Shown here: positions 23,459-33,999 of the stretch, in pieces
Layout of the letters: each line of letters starts with the position of its first letter
How positions within the stretch are numbered: position 1 is the stretch's first letter
DNA from: Picochlorum sp. SENEW3
Taxonomy: Eukaryota
Assembly (NCBI GenBank): GCA_034226945.1
Contig: CP120465.1
Span: 1-37,568 of the forward strand
Direction of reading: 5' to 3'
DNA length: 37,568 bases
Notes under the pieces: model-generated
The model's database searches: none
What the model saw: the letters and a program-made list of their open reading frames with translations, nothing else
Told to the model about the DNA's origin: nothing
Program-made: the position numbers and the translations under genes

Positions 23459-23803
23459 TTAAATATAAACAATACAATCCATGGTTCCCGGGCGAGTTAG
23501 TTGACACGTTATTTCAATTCCCGGAATATGGGCACGTTCTACAAGAGCCATAAATACATAGGCCATGGATGGTGTACACGTTGCATAGACAAAACGTGTA
23601 TGAGTACGTTCCATAAATTGTTCACGAGATTTCTTATTGACATGGGGAGACCGTAATACCGTACACAGAAATCGACGTTGTGGGCCAGGACCCATATGCT
23701 TATTTTGTGCATGACACATGGTAGCAACATGGTAACACCACATAGCAGCTTGTGCTACATGTGTCCATGTATATCCAGTTATTTTAAGATGCACATGATA
23801 CAT
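23459..23803 (-). CDS. rps10: ribosomal protein S10
   Basis: [16 protein letters not shown] uS10 signature. Confidence 0.93.
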   Translation of the reverse strand: MYHVHLKITGYTWTHVAQAAMWCYHVATMCHAQNKHMGPGPQRRFLCTVLRSPHVNKKSREQFMERTHTRFVYATCTPSMAYVFMALVERAHIPGIEITCQLTRPGTMDCIVYI

Positions 23804-23862
23804 GAGAGTGCTCCTGTTTTTCTTTCTATAGACTTTGAGCTATGTTTCTCTTTCTAGGTTTG

Positions 23863-25380
23863 TTAGGCACATACACATAGAGCAAGACGTTGGGCCAGAC
23901 TTTCAATAGGGGCTGGATACATCATGAAACATACCAGAACAACAACACTGCATGCTTGAATACATGCTGAAACATAACTCATACGAGGTGCTTCAGGCCA
24001 TGTCGATGAGGTTTCAAAATACATGACTTTAATCACACGAATATAATAAAAACAACTCACCACACTGGTTAACACCCCTAATACAGCAAGACTGTTCATA
24101 TGTCCCGCAACGGCACTATAAAATACCATAGCTTTGCTATAAAATCCTGCGAGTGGTGGAATACCAGCCATGCTAAACCACACCACGCATAAAGTTAGGG
24201 CAACCAATGGTTGTGTTGCACCGATACCTGTAAGATCTGTGACAAGGCGCGGACTTTGTCCACCTTGATGATTCCCAAGAATATATGCAAACATGGTGAT
24301 ATTCATACATGTGTATACAAATAAATAGAGAAACATGGCTTGCACACCTTCAGGAGTCCCTGTACTTAAGGCAGCTAACATAAAGCCCACATGACCAACA
24401 CTACTTAATGCAAGAAGTCGTTTCAGTCGTGTTTGTACAAGAGCTGCAAAGGCACCAACAATCATGGAAACAGCACTGGCAATCACGATTGCAGTTTGCC
24501 ATGTCTCCATAAAGTCATAACATGCACCATAGAGCACACGAACAAGAGCTCCCATAAACGCAATTTTTGGGACCATCATAAAATATGCTGTGACACTTGT
24601 TGGCGCTCCTTCATAGACATCAGGAGACCACATATGAAAAGGTGCTGCAGCGAGTTTAAAAAGCAATCCAGTAATCACTAATAAAAGTCCTAATTCACAT
24701 GTAGGCATTCCTTGGGTTGTAATCAGTGCTGTACCAGTACCACCAGCATATAACTGGGCCATATCCATAAAGTTTGTGGTTCCTGTTGCTCCGTACATAA
24801 GACTTGCTCCAAGAAGTAATAAACCACTTGAAAGAGCACCTAATACAAAGTATTTCAGACCTGCTTCGACAGCAAATTCTGAATGTCGCGCATACGCTGC
24901 TAATACATAAAAACATAAACTCTGCAGTTCAATAGCAAGGTAGAGGGACAATAAATCTTGACTCGACACCAATAACATCATACCTTGAGTCGCCAACAGA
25001 ATGAGCACAACATATTCATAACTATTCAGGCGAGATCGAATGCAATATCCCACACCACACCAGAGAGATACCATGGTTGTACACACAATGGCCATTTGAA
25101 GTGTTGTGGATACACTATCCAGACTCTGAGTATGATATAGGACTGTAGCAGAAATATCCGGTGCATTATAGAGTAATACACCTGTTAATGCCAAGATCCA
25201 TAAAGCCATATAGGTTACTGTAGACATAAGTACTGGGGCATGTCGATGGGCATTTGTAGAGTAATACACACCATATACCAGAATACCCAGTGTGGCAACA
25301 CTACAATAGAGAAATGGAAGAAGAAGTGGAAGATCCACATCAAAGACCATAGAAATACAGTTGGTGTATACGAGGTTCAT
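23863..25380 (-). CDS. nad2: NADH dehydrogenase subunit 2
   Basis: EAGLKYFVLG, FKLAAAPFHMWSPDVYEGAP, SMAGIPPLAGF. Confidence 0.98.
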   Translation of the reverse strand: MNLVYTNCISMVFDVDLPLLLPFLYCSVATLGILVYGVYYSTNAHRHAPVLMSTVTYMALWILALTGVLLYNAPDISATVLYHTQSLDSVSTTLQMAIVCTTMVSLWCGVGYCIRSRLNSYEYVVLILLATQGMMLLVSSQDLLSLYLAIELQSLCFYVLAAYARHSEFAVEAGLKYFVLGALSSGLLLLGASLMYGATGTTNFMDMAQLYAGGTGTALITTQGMPTCELGLLLVITGLLFKLAAAPFHMWSPDVYEGAPTSVTAYFMMVPKIAFMGALVRVLYGACYDFMETWQTAIVIASAVSMIVGAFAALVQTRLKRLLALSSVGHVGFMLAALSTGTPEGVQAMFLYLFVYTCMNITMFAYILGNHQGGQSPRLVTDLTGIGATQPLVALTLCVVWFSMAGIPPLAGFYSKAMVFYSAVAGHMNSLAVLGVLTSVVSCFYYIRVIKVMYFETSSTWPEAPRMSYVSACIQACSVVVLVCFMMYPAPIESLAQRLALCVCA

Positions 25381-25432
25381 AGATACATCTTGTTGTTATT
25401 TATAAAATATCACCATGAGACACAGAGAAAAT

Positions 25433-25503
25433 AGGTCGAGGGCAGAGTTGAACTGCCATTGTAGGATTTGCAATCCCACACATTACCATTATGTTACTCG
25501 ACC
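25433..25503 (-). tRNA. trnC: tRNA-Cys(GCA)
   Basis: GGTCGAG/CTCGACC acceptor, anticodon GCA. Confidence 0.95.
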
Positions 25504-25542
25504 AGTATAGAACATTGTATACTCATGGAGATCACACATACG

Positions 25543-26022
25543 TTATAATGTCCACCATTGATATCGAGTATAGGCACGATTTGCTTCAGCAATACGATGC
25601 ATTTCATATCGTTGTTGCACGGCCCAACCTTGACCACGAGCAGCATCTAAGAATTCATCACCAAGACACATGCCATACTCATACCCATGACGACGATGTG
25701 CGGCTTCGAGAATCCATCGTAATCCTTGAGCACGTGCTTGATGGGATGTGAGTAATTTTGGTACTTGAAGCGATGTACCTGCCACACGAACACGACGATA
25801 ACTGACAATCGGAGCGCACATATCTAGAGCTTGACACACCATGTGTTGAACATGAGCATGATCATGGGAAATATGTGTTATAGCTTGATTCCACACCCGT
25901 TGAGCACGACATGTATGACCACTCCGTGTAAGAAGTGACAAACACATACGTCGAATTTCCATATAGGAAGACATATCTACAGAAGTCATAAATACAGATT
26001 GTTGTCGTAAAAAAAAAGTCAT
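25543..26022 (-). CDS. rps7: ribosomal protein S7 (start uncertain; frame is open further upstream)
   Basis: RVAGTSLQVP...GLRWILEAA...EMHRIAEANRAY uS7 motifs; downstream of rps12. Confidence 0.92.
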   Translation of the reverse strand: MTFFLRQQSVFMTSVDMSSYMEIRRMCLSLLTRSGHTCRAQRVWNQAITHISHDHAHVQHMVCQALDMCAPIVSYRRVRVAGTSLQVPKLLTSHQARAQGLRWILEAAHRRHGYEYGMCLGDEFLDAARGQGWAVQQRYEMHRIAEANRAYTRYQWWTL

Positions 26023-26120
26023 AGATACGTATATACGATACCTATACAACACTATAGGTCTATGTATACAGTGTGTCACGTTGGAATATATACCCATATT
26101 AGATACAATACTATGGTAGT

Positions 26121-26260
26121 AGTCACGAGGTCGTGGTGTTAGTCACGAGGTCGTGGTGTTAGTCACGAGGTCGTGGTGTTAGTCACGAGGTCGTGGTGTT
26201 AGTCACGAGGTCGTGGTGTTAGTCACGAGGTCGTGGTGTTAGTCACGAGGTCGTGGTGTT
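26121..26260. repeat. 20-bp tandem repeat, 7 perfect copies (AGTCACGAGGTCGTGGTGTT), duplicating the rps12 3' end
   Basis: Seven identical head-to-tail units with no spacers. Confidence 0.97.
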
Positions 26261-26619
26261 CCATATTTTGATCGTGCTGTGCGACGTCCTTGCACGCCAC
26301 CAAGATCCAAGACACCACGACAGACTCGGTATTTTACTCCGGGTAAATCCTTAACACGACCACCACGAATTGTAACAACAGAATGCTCTTGAAGTGTATG
26401 ACCTTCTCCAGGGATATACGCAATAACTTCAATACCGGAACTTAAACGAATTTTTGCAACTTTTCGTAAAGCACTATTTGGTTTTTTTGGTGTACGTGTA
26501 TACACACGAAAACATACACCTCGTTTTTGAGGTGCAGCGCCAAGTGCGGGAGCACGGCGGCGGCGATGTGGACTTCGACGACGCGTTGCGTGTTTCATAA
26601 GTTGCATTCGTGTAGGCAT
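26239..26619 (-). CDS. rps12: ribosomal protein S12
   Basis: [33 protein letters not shown]. Confidence 0.98.
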   Translation of the reverse strand: MPTRMQLMKHATRRRSPHRRRRAPALGAAPQKRGVCFRVYTRTPKKPNSALRKVAKIRLSSGIEVIAYIPGEGHTLQEHSVVTIRGGRVKDLPGVKYRVCRGVLDLGGVQGRRTARSKYGTPRPRD

Positions 26620-26693
26620 GTACAACACAATATTTTTGGGACATGACATCTATAGATGTCTCTATCAAAGTTTGCATCAATAGATGTTGATGT

Positions 26694-27653
26694 TTATGAC
26701 ATAAAATAGGTATAGAGAACATCCATATCAAGTATAGCTGTCCAAACAACTCGTTGAGGTGCATAGAGATAGACCATGGACATGGTGCTATAATCCACTT
26801 CAATATGAGGCATGGCATACGCACCAGGCATAGGTTGTTCATATGTATGATCCATAGACTGTACATGTGTCCATACAACCCGCGCCATATGTGGGTCATC
26901 AAGCATGGTACTAAGACATGCATGAGCTACAGCATCAATATCTCCTACCCGAGGTGTATGGTGCGATGCGTTATGGTGCGTATCCAGACGTGCAAGACAT
27001 CCATAAGGTGATGTATGCATACGAGTACATGTTCCATGTACTGTGCAGTATGCCATGACATCCATGCTTGATACTATTGATACAGCATGCTGTTGTGATA
27101 TATACTGCACAAATGGTGTAGCGGGAGATGTTGTTCTAGACCATGTGTTTACAAGATCACGTTGATACTGAGATCGACGTTGCGAACACATAGCAATCAC
27201 ATCACCTGGTTGTACACTATACCTACTTTGAGTACATACGTGACCATTCACTGTAATGTGTCCACGACGTACCATATCGCGTGCCTGACTCGGGGATGTA
27301 GCCCAGAGAGCACGCCAGAGACAAATATCTAAACGACGTTCTAGAAGTTTAATAAAATTGAGACTCCAAACACCATGAGATTGATGGGCTCGTTGCGCCA
27401 CATGATGTAACTCTGTATATCCAAGACCACCATACATGGTAGACAACATACGCATATTTGTATACATACGACTGTAGAGACTACCTCGTGCTTCACCACC
27501 ACGTCGTGAAAATTGACCATGCCATGTATCCATACTCGCAAAAAACTCCACACTATCTGGGGTCCATGTGACATCATGTGGCCATGTATTCCCTGTGTGT
27601 GGTGTATGAATACAGTGTGCCATATGATATAAAAGACGAGTAATATGATGCAT
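26694..27653 (-). CDS. rps4: ribosomal protein S4 (divergent)
   Basis: LLERRLDICLWRA..ATSPSQAR..VRRGHITVNG...VQPGDVI S4 domain; PHIEVDY. Confidence 0.88.
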   Translation of the reverse strand: MHHITRLLYHMAHCIHTPHTGNTWPHDVTWTPDSVEFFASMDTWHGQFSRRGGEARGSLYSRMYTNMRMLSTMYGGLGYTELHHVAQRAHQSHGVWSLNFIKLLERRLDICLWRALWATSPSQARDMVRRGHITVNGHVCTQSRYSVQPGDVIAMCSQRRSQYQRDLVNTWSRTTSPATPFVQYISQQHAVSIVSSMDVMAYCTVHGTCTRMHTSPYGCLARLDTHHNASHHTPRVGDIDAVAHACLSTMLDDPHMARVVWTHVQSMDHTYEQPMPGAYAMPHIEVDYSTMSMVYLYAPQRVVWTAILDMDVLYTYFMS

Positions 27654-27822
27654 TGTAGAGACGTGCGTTTTTTATCGAATGTACATAGAGACATGTCAGA
27701 CAGAGGCGTCTATAGAGACATGTGTATGTCTCTCATATAGAGTAGACCTTGAGATACACTAGGTATTGTCTATGTCTCTCGTGTATACTCTCTATATCTA
27801 TTAGACCGACACTCTATTTATT

Positions 27823-28533
27823 ATGTCTTCTCTTGTACTCTATATACAGGAACTATACTATCGTGTGTGCTACGTATGTATAGCTCTGGCGCTGGCTTGT
27901 TGTACTGCTTGGATCTATCGTTACACCTATCTACACGCATATATTGCACCGGTCACGACCACGTTATATGTGTTGGATGTTGGAGAAGACATTCAAACGG
28001 GTGTCTCTATAAGTCTCTATCTTGGTTGTGTTTGGAGTGTAGGATATATCTACTATGTCTATACATGTTATACGGCTCCGGGACGATATGCGTATGAACA
28101 CACCTCTTTGATGTGGTCTCGTATCTGTATGTGGTTGTATATGTATGGCGTGTATATCTGGGGCGTATGGTATGCATGGCCGGAAGTGTACCGCGTGTTT
28201 CTTGGCATGCCAATAGGTGTGTCAGATATATGGGGTCTTTGTGTGGATACCATGCCGCGTGTTCGTTCGTTGGTGGCCTGGAGTATATGGGTACCTGTAG
28301 GGTGTGTATGTATATCCCTAGTTCCTATGTATGGATACGTGTATGTGGATAGTGTATGGATAACATACTATCGACGTACATGGTATCTCTGTAGCGCACT
28401 TTGTGTAAGTGCTCTATGCCCACCACATCCATGGTTTCAAATGTGTGTGTCCTTGATTTTCTGGCTTCTCTATGAATTCACATTAGTATGTGTGTGTATT
28501 CGCCAATGTGTGTCTAAAACATCTACAACATGA
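27823..28533 (+). CDS. tatC: twin-arginine translocase subunit TatC (mttB), divergent
   Basis: YIQELYYRV, APGRYAYE, YRRTWY, SALCPP...LLYEF follow the TatC motif order; ATGA overlap with nad6. Confidence 0.8.
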   Translation: MSSLVLYIQELYYRVCYVCIALALACCTAWIYRYTYLHAYIAPVTTTLYVLDVGEDIQTGVSISLYLGCVWSVGYIYYVYTCYTAPGRYAYEHTSLMWSRICMWLYMYGVYIWGVWYAWPEVYRVFLGMPIGVSDIWGLCVDTMPRVRSLVAWSIWVPVGCVCISLVPMYGYVYVDSVWITYYRRTWYLCSALCVSALCPPHPWFQMCVSLIFWLLYEFTLVCVCIRQCVSKTSTT

Positions 28534-29132
28534 ATACGCTTTTTTATGTTTTTGCGAGTTTAATGTTAGCCAGTGGTGTTATGGTGATTCAATCTCGTAA
28601 TCCTGTATATAGTGTACTTTTTTTAATTTTAGTCTTTTTTCATGGTGCAGCACTTTTATTACTTTTAGGGCTGGATTTTTTTGCCATGACATTTCTTGTG
28701 GTCTATGTGGGTGCTATTGCAGTGCTCTTTTTGTTTGTTGTCATGATGTTAGACATTAATATGGCAGAACTTCAAGAGCGTCGACTACGCTATTTACCCG
28801 TAGGTGGTGTACTTGGTCTGCTGTTTATTCTTGAGGGTCTTGTTATTGTGGATGTTGATCTTGTACCACTTCTCTATACGCAAAGTATGGATACATCCGT
28901 ATATTGGACAAATTGGACATATACTTTGGCACAAGTCAGCAATATGCATACTATGGGTCGACTGCTCTATACCTATTATGGTGTGTATTTTTTAGTGGCC
29001 AGTCTTATTTTATTAGTTGCCATGGTGGGGGCTATTGTACTCACACAACAACGCCGTCGTGGTGCTCGACGTCAACACGTGTATATTCAAAATACGCGAG
29101 ATTTTGCTCGTACGATTCGTAAAGTCTCGTAA
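28530..29132 (+). CDS. nad6: NADH dehydrogenase subunit 6
   Basis: [40 protein letters not shown]. Confidence 0.98.
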   Translation: MNTLFYVFASLMLASGVMVIQSRNPVYSVLFLILVFFHGAALLLLLGLDFFAMTFLVVYVGAIAVLFLFVVMMLDINMAELQERRLRYLPVGGVLGLLFILEGLVIVDVDLVPLLYTQSMDTSVYWTNWTYTLAQVSNMHTMGRLLYTYYGVYFLVASLILLVAMVGAIVLTQQRRRGARRQHVYIQNTRDFARTIRKVS

Positions 29133-29153
29133 AAACATCCCAATACATTTTCT

Positions 29154-29455
29154 ATGGATATTGTCAATTATATTGCTGTTGCTCTAGCTCTTTTTTATTG
29201 GGTTTATGGGGTATTTTTATGAACCGCAAGAATATTCTCGTGATGTTAATGAGCATTGAACTGATGTTGTTGGCGGTGAATATGAACTTTTTAGTGTTTT
29301 CAGTGTACTTAGACGATGTTGTTGGTCAAATGTTTGCACTTTTTGTTCTTACAGTTGCCGCAGCTGAAAGTGCTATTGGTCTGGCTCTTTTAGTGGTGTA
29401 CTATCGTATTCGTGGCACCATTCAAGTGGAGTATATTAATCTGATTCGGGGGTAA
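29154..29455 (+). CDS. nad4L: NADH dehydrogenase subunit 4L; apparent 1-nt frameshift at T6 29191-29196
   Basis: [32 protein letters not shown] 29154 joins the frame with one added T. Confidence 0.96.
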
Positions 29456-29482
29456 CATATATCCATGCCGTGTGTCCAGCGT

Positions 29483-29556
29483 GTGCCTGTGGCTCAATTG
29501 GATAGAGTATCAGACTACGGATCTGAGGGTTGAGAGTTCAAATCTTTCCAGGCACG
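29483..29556 (+). tRNA. trnR: tRNA-Arg(ACG)
   Basis: GTGCCTG/CAGGCAC acceptor, TCAGA-CT-ACG-GA-TCTGA arm. Confidence 0.95.
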
Positions 29557-29558
29557 TG

Positions 29559-29631
29559 GCCTACTTAACTCAATTGGCAGAGTATCAGTTTTGTAAACTG
29601 AAGGTTATCGGTTCAACTCCGATAGTAGGCT
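29559..29631 (+). tRNA. trnT: tRNA-Thr(UGU)
   Basis: GCCTACT/AGTAGGC acceptor, TCAGT-TT-TGT-AA-ACTGA arm. Confidence 0.94.
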
Positions 29632-29728
29632 CCCAACGCCCTTTTTTTTTTACAGTATGTATCACGACACATTTTTGATACGTGGTAGTACATCGCTACA
29701 CCATATCCATGTATGCTAGGATATGTCA

Positions 29729-29801
29729 AGGAGAATAGTTTTAATGGTAGAATAATGGTCTCCAAAACCAGAGGTTAAGGGTTCGACTCCCTTTTCTCCT
29801 G
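29729..29801 (+). tRNA. trnW: tRNA-Trp(CCA)
   Basis: AGGAGAA/TTCTCCT acceptor, anticodon CCA. Confidence 0.94.
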
Positions 29802-29844
29802 ACCTCCCGGAGGCGAGGCATGATATGGATAACAAAAAAAATAA

Positions 29845-31377
29845 ATGTCACCTATGGCAGTATCTCTAAGTGAAATTTCAGTATTACTTGAACAAAAAAT
29901 TAGTGATTCCTACAGTCATGTAGCCCGCGATGAGGTGGGTCGTGTATTAAGTGTAGGAGATGGTATTGCTCGCGTTTCTGGTCTGGATAATATTCAGGCA
30001 GGTGAAATGGTGGAGTTTGCAAACGGTGTTCGCGGTATGGCTCTGAATCTGGAAAGCGACAACGTCGGTGTCGTGCTTTTTGGATCTGATGTGGCAATTC
30101 GTGAAGGCGATGTTGTGACACGTACTGGTGCTATTGTGGATGTGCCAGTAGGTCCTGGAACACTTGGACGTGTGGTGGACGGTCTTGGAAATCCAATTGA
30201 TGGTCGTGGTCCTCTAGAGAATGTGACACGTCGTCGTGCAGAAATGAAAGCACCAGGGATTATTGCTCGTCAAAGTGTGAGTGAACCTATGCAAACAGGT
30301 CTTAAGGCGGTAGATAGTCTTGTACCTATTGGTCGTGGTCAACGTGAATTAATTATTGGTGATCGTCAAACAGGTAAAACAGCTATTGCAGTGGATACCT
30401 TTTTAAACCAACGTGACGTGAATCAAACACAAGATGAGAGTAAAAAACTCTATTGTGTCTATGTTGCGGTGGGACAAAAACGTTCAACAGTTGCACAAAT
30501 TGTAAACACACTCACACAGGCAGGTGCCATGGACTATAGTATTGTTGTTGCAGCTACAGCAAGTGATCCTGCGCCACTACAATTTTTAGCGCCCTATTCA
30601 GGATGTGCCATGGGAGAATACTTTCGTGATAATGGTATGCATGCTCTGATTGTGTATGATGATTTAAGTAAACAAAGTGTGGCGTATCGTCAAATGTCTC
30701 TACTGCTTCGTCGTCCACCAGGTCGTGAAGCCTTTCCAGGTGATGTGTTTTATCTTCACTCACGTCTTTTAGAACGTGCGGCTAAAATGTCATCTGAGAT
30801 GGGTGGCGGAAGTTTAACAGCGTTACCAGTGATTGAAACTCAAGCTGGTGATGTGTCCGCGTATATTCCAACCAATGTGATTTCTATTACTGATGGTCAA
30901 ATTTTCCTAGAAACAGAACTCTTTTATAAAGGTATTCGACCAGCTATTAATGTAGGTCTCTCTGTGAGTCGTGTGGGTTCTGCAGCTCAAGTCAAAGCTA
31001 TGAAACAGGTGGCTGGAACAATGAAACTGGAACTTGCTCAATATCGTGAAGTGGCGGCCTTTGCTCAATTTGGTTCAGATCTTGATGCATCAACACAATA
31101 TCTTTTAAATCGTGGCGAACGTTTAACAGAGGTGCTGAAACAAGACCAATATCAACCAATTGATTTTGCGGTACAAGTGGTGATTTTATTTGCCGCAACT
31201 CGTGGCTATCTTGATAAAATTGCTGTCTCTGATATTGCTGCCTATGAAGCTGCTGTATGTGCCCAAGTGGACAGTAGTCTTGTGGACACAATTCGTCGTG
31301 AAAAGTCTCTTTCACCCGATACAGAAGCCAAATTAAAGGCGTTTTTTGATGATTTTGCAACTCGCTTTTCATCATAG
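29845..31377 (+). CDS. atp1: ATP synthase subunit alpha (start may be ATG 29854)
   Basis: [15 protein letters not shown] Walker [24 protein letters not shown]. Confidence 0.99.
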   Translation: MSPMAVSLSEISVLLEQKISDSYSHVARDEVGRVLSVGDGIARVSGLDNIQAGEMVEFANGVRGMALNLESDNVGVVLFGSDVAIREGDVVTRTGAIVDVPVGPGTLGRVVDGLGNPIDGRGPLENVTRRRAEMKAPGIIARQSVSEPMQTGLKAVDSLVPIGRGQRELIIGDRQTGKTAIAVDTFLNQRDVNQTQDESKKLYCVYVAVGQKRSTVAQIVNTLTQAGAMDYSIVVAATASDPAPLQFLAPYSGCAMGEYFRDNGMHALIVYDDLSKQSVAYRQMSLLLRRPPGREAFPGDVFYLHSRLLERAAKMSSEMGGGSLTALPVIETQAGDVSAYIPTNVISITDGQIFLETELFYKGIRPAINVGLSVSRVGSAAQVKAMKQVAGTMKLELAQYREVAAFAQFGSDLDASTQYLLNRGERLTEVLKQDQYQPIDFAVQVVILFAATRGYLDKIAVSDIAAYEAAVCAQVDSSLVDTIRREKSLSPDTEAKLKAFFDDFATRFSS

Positions 31378-31411
31378 ACTCTATTGTATGTAAAAGATAT
31401 GTCCCAAGTGT

Positions 31412-32508
31412 ATGAGTGGTATTCTTGTAACAAGTGTGCTTAAAATTTTGGGTATTACAGTACCCTTACTCCTGGGTGTTGCGTTTTTAGTGCTTGCAGA
31501 ACGAAAAGTTTTAGGAGCCATGCAACGCCGTAAAGGACCGAATGTGGTTGGTTTTGGCGTGTTACAACCCATTGCTGATGGTGTGAAACTCATGGTCAAA
31601 GAACCTGTATTACCAAGCAATGCCAACACTGTACTCTTTGTGGGAGCTCCTATTTTAACGTTTCTTCTAAGTCAAGTAGCCTGGGCTGCTATTCCCTTTA
31701 GCCCAGGAGCTGTTTTAGCAGATCTCGATGTGGGTGTGCTCTACTTATTTGCTATTTCCAGTCTTGGGGTGTATGGAATTATTATTGCTGGATGGTCAAG
31801 TAATTCAAAATATGCATTTTTAGGAAGTCTTCGATCTGCCGCACAAATGGTGAGTTACGAAGTATCTATTGGTTTAATTTTAATTACAGTTCTTTTATGT
31901 GCTGGAACCTTAAACCTATCAACAATTGTACAAGCGCAACAGTATGTATGGTATGTTGTACCTCTATACCCCTTATTACTTTTGTTTTTATTTCATGTCT
32001 TGCGGAAACAAATCGTGCACCCTTTGATCTTCCAGAAGCTGAAGCAGAATTAGTAGCAGGATATAATGTGGAATATTCAAGTATGGGATTTGCTCTTTTT
32101 TTCTTAGGAGAATACGCCAATATGATGGTGATGAGTAGTCTATGCGTGATTTTTTTTCTTGGAGGTTGGCTTCCACCACTTGATATTGCCCTATTCTATT
32201 GGTTCCCACCAAGTTTTTGGTTTGCTCTGAAAGTTGCTGGTGTGTTATTTCTGTATATTTGGGTACGAGCATGTTATCCTCGATATCGATATGATCAACT
32301 TATGGGACTTGGTTGGAAAGTATTTCTTCCATTATCCCTTGCATGGGTTGTATTTGTTGCAGGAGTCCTACTGAGTTTTGACTGGCTTCCAAGCAGTGCA
32401 GCCATTTTTATTAAATATATAAACAATATCACCTTCTGGGTGTTGTGTATTTGGTGCAAGGGTTTCCCATGGACTTCCATATTCAAAATATCGAAATTCT
32501 TGGGCTAA
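31412..32508 (+). CDS. nad1: NADH dehydrogenase subunit 1; apparent 1-nt frameshift at T5 31985-31989; 3' end uncertain (homology ends near 32391)
   Basis: [60 protein letters not shown]. Confidence 0.96.
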
Positions 32509-33009
32509 TTCCACAGGTTCTGTGATCACACGTTTTTCGCTGTCACAATAACGTACTTCATGAAAGCCAGTGAGAGGAAAGTCTTTACGAAGTGGGTGTC
32601 CTTGAAATCCATAATCGGTAAGAATGCGACGAAGATCTGGATGGCCTTGAAAAAACACACCAAACATATCCCACACTTCACGTTCCCACCACCCCGCACT
32701 TTTATATAAACCGGTCATTGATGGAAGTGGTTGATTTTCGTAGACATCGGTACATACACGAACACGAGATGCATATTCCACACTTAAAAGATGATAGACC
32801 ACACGAAATCGACGTTGATGTTGAGGATAATCCACAGCTGTAACATCCACAAGACATTTATATTGAGTTTGACTATGATCACGAAGATAGGACAGACATG
32901 GAACAAGATGTTCTGGAGCCACGTATAGGGTGAGTTCACCACGACGCCACTGCGTTTCTTGAAGCCATTGAGGAATCTCTTGACGTAATGTTTGTGCAAA
33001 AGCGTGCAT
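32368..33009 (-). CDS. nad9: NADH dehydrogenase subunit 9; 3' end uncertain
   Basis: [38 protein letters not shown]. Confidence 0.97.
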   Translation of the reverse strand: MHAFAQTLRQEIPQWLQETQWRRGELTLYVAPEHLVPCLSYLRDHSQTQYKCLVDVTAVDYPQHQRRFRVVYHLLSVEYASRVRVCTDVYENQPLPSMTGLYKSAGWWEREVWDMFGVFFQGHPDLRRILTDYGFQGHPLRKDFPLTGFHEVRYCDSEKRVITEPVELAQEFRYFEYGSPWETLAPNTQHPEGDIVYIFNKNGCTAWKPVKTQ

Positions 33010-33051
33010 ACAAATAGAGAGTTTTTATATCATACAAGGTTGTCATACAAA

Positions 33052-33109
33052 GTTGTATATCGTACAAGGTTGTATATCGTACAAGGTTGTATATCGTACA
33101 AGGTTGTAT
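33052..33109. repeat. 17-bp tandem repeat, about 3.4 copies (GTTGTATATCGTACAAG), with degenerate copies at 33026-33051, abutting the trnA 3' end
   Basis: Copies at 33052, 33069, 33086 and 33103 (partial). Confidence 0.93.
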
Positions 33110-33181
33110 GGAAACGACCGGATTTGAACCGATGACCTCATGCGTGCAAAGCATGCGTTCTACCAACTAAACTACGCTCCC
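33109..33181 (-). tRNA. trnA: tRNA-Ala(UGC)
   Basis: CATGC-TT-TGC-AC-GCATG arm; G3.U70 pair in the acceptor stem. Confidence 0.95.
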
Positions 33182-33195
33182 AAAACACACACTCT

Positions 33196-33282
33196 CGGAA
33201 GAAATGGGATTTGAACCCATGGTATACATGTGTATACGCTGATTTAGCAAACCAGTGCCTTAAACCACTCAGCCATTCTTCC
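33196..33282 (-). tRNA. trnS: tRNA-Ser(GCU)
   Basis: GGAAGAA/TTCTTCC acceptor, anticodon GCT, long variable arm. Confidence 0.95.
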
Positions 33283-33352
33283 ATACACGGTATGTATAGG
33301 TACCTAGAGTATCATACACTCTCGAGAGATACGTATGAGTATGTGACACATG

Positions 33353-33436
33353 TACGGATGGCAGGACTTGAACCCGCAAGGCATAGATGCCCCCAGAACC
33401 TAAACCTGGTGTGTCTACCAATTCCACCACACCCGC
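33353..33436 (-). tRNA. trnL: tRNA-Leu(UAG)
   Basis: GCGGGTG/CATCCGT acceptor, anticodon TAG, long variable arm. Confidence 0.94.
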
Positions 33437-33453
33437 ACATAGTCGATATGTAT

Positions 33454-33526
33454 TGAGCTCGAGTGGACTCGAACCACTAACCTTCTCGTTGTAAGCGAGC
33501 TGCTCTGCCAATTGAGCTACGTGCCC
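33454..33526 (-). tRNA. trnV: tRNA-Val(UAC)
   Basis: CTCG-CT-TAC-AA-CGAG arm; acceptor has an A5.A68 mismatch. Confidence 0.92.
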
Positions 33527-33641
33527 GAAATCCTACGTCTATACTATGATAGATGCACTGTGGATTCTATACATCGGATTCTACAGTACGTGTGGTATCA
33601 TGTATACGTGAATCATATGTATAGACGTTGATGTCGTGAAT

Positions 33642-33728
33642 CGGATGAGAAGGGATTCGAACCCCCGATACGGAATGCCGTATGTCGGTTTTCAAGACCG
33701 ATACCTTAAACCACTCAGACACTCATCC
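33642..33728 (-). tRNA. trnS: tRNA-Ser(UGA)
   Basis: GGATGAG/CTCATCC acceptor, TCGGT-CT-TGA-AA-ACCGA arm. Confidence 0.95.
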
Positions 33729-33834
33729 ACAGAACGTATCGCTATGGTGACATACATATGTCTCGTACCATAGTGTACACTGATATGCCATACACTGGAT
33801 AGACGCCGTGTATCTATGATAGAGAACATGGGTT

Positions 33835-33906
33835 TGTCTAGAAGAGGATTTGAACCTCTGACCCAAGGATTTTCAGTCCTTTGCTCTACCACTGAGCTAT
33901 CTAGAC
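33835..33906 (-). tRNA. trnF: tRNA-Phe(GAA)
   Basis: GTCTAGA/TCTAGAC acceptor, AAGGA-CT-GAA-AA-TCCTT arm. Confidence 0.95.
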
Positions 33907-33917
33907 ACCATGAAACA

Positions 33918-33989
33918 CTGGGGTGAAAGGATTCGAACCTTTGCCTGTCGGATCCAAATTCCGATGCCTTACCACTTGGCTACACCCCA
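33918..33989 (-). tRNA. trnQ: tRNA-Gln(UUG)
   Basis: TGGGGTG/CACCCCA acceptor, TCGGA-AT-TTG-GA-TCCGA arm. Confidence 0.95.
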
Positions 33990-33999
33990 TGCCTACACA

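Noticed and set aside
26121..26260. Possible CRISPR array
   Set aside because: Units are contiguous with no spacers, the unit is the rps12 3' end, and there are no cas genes
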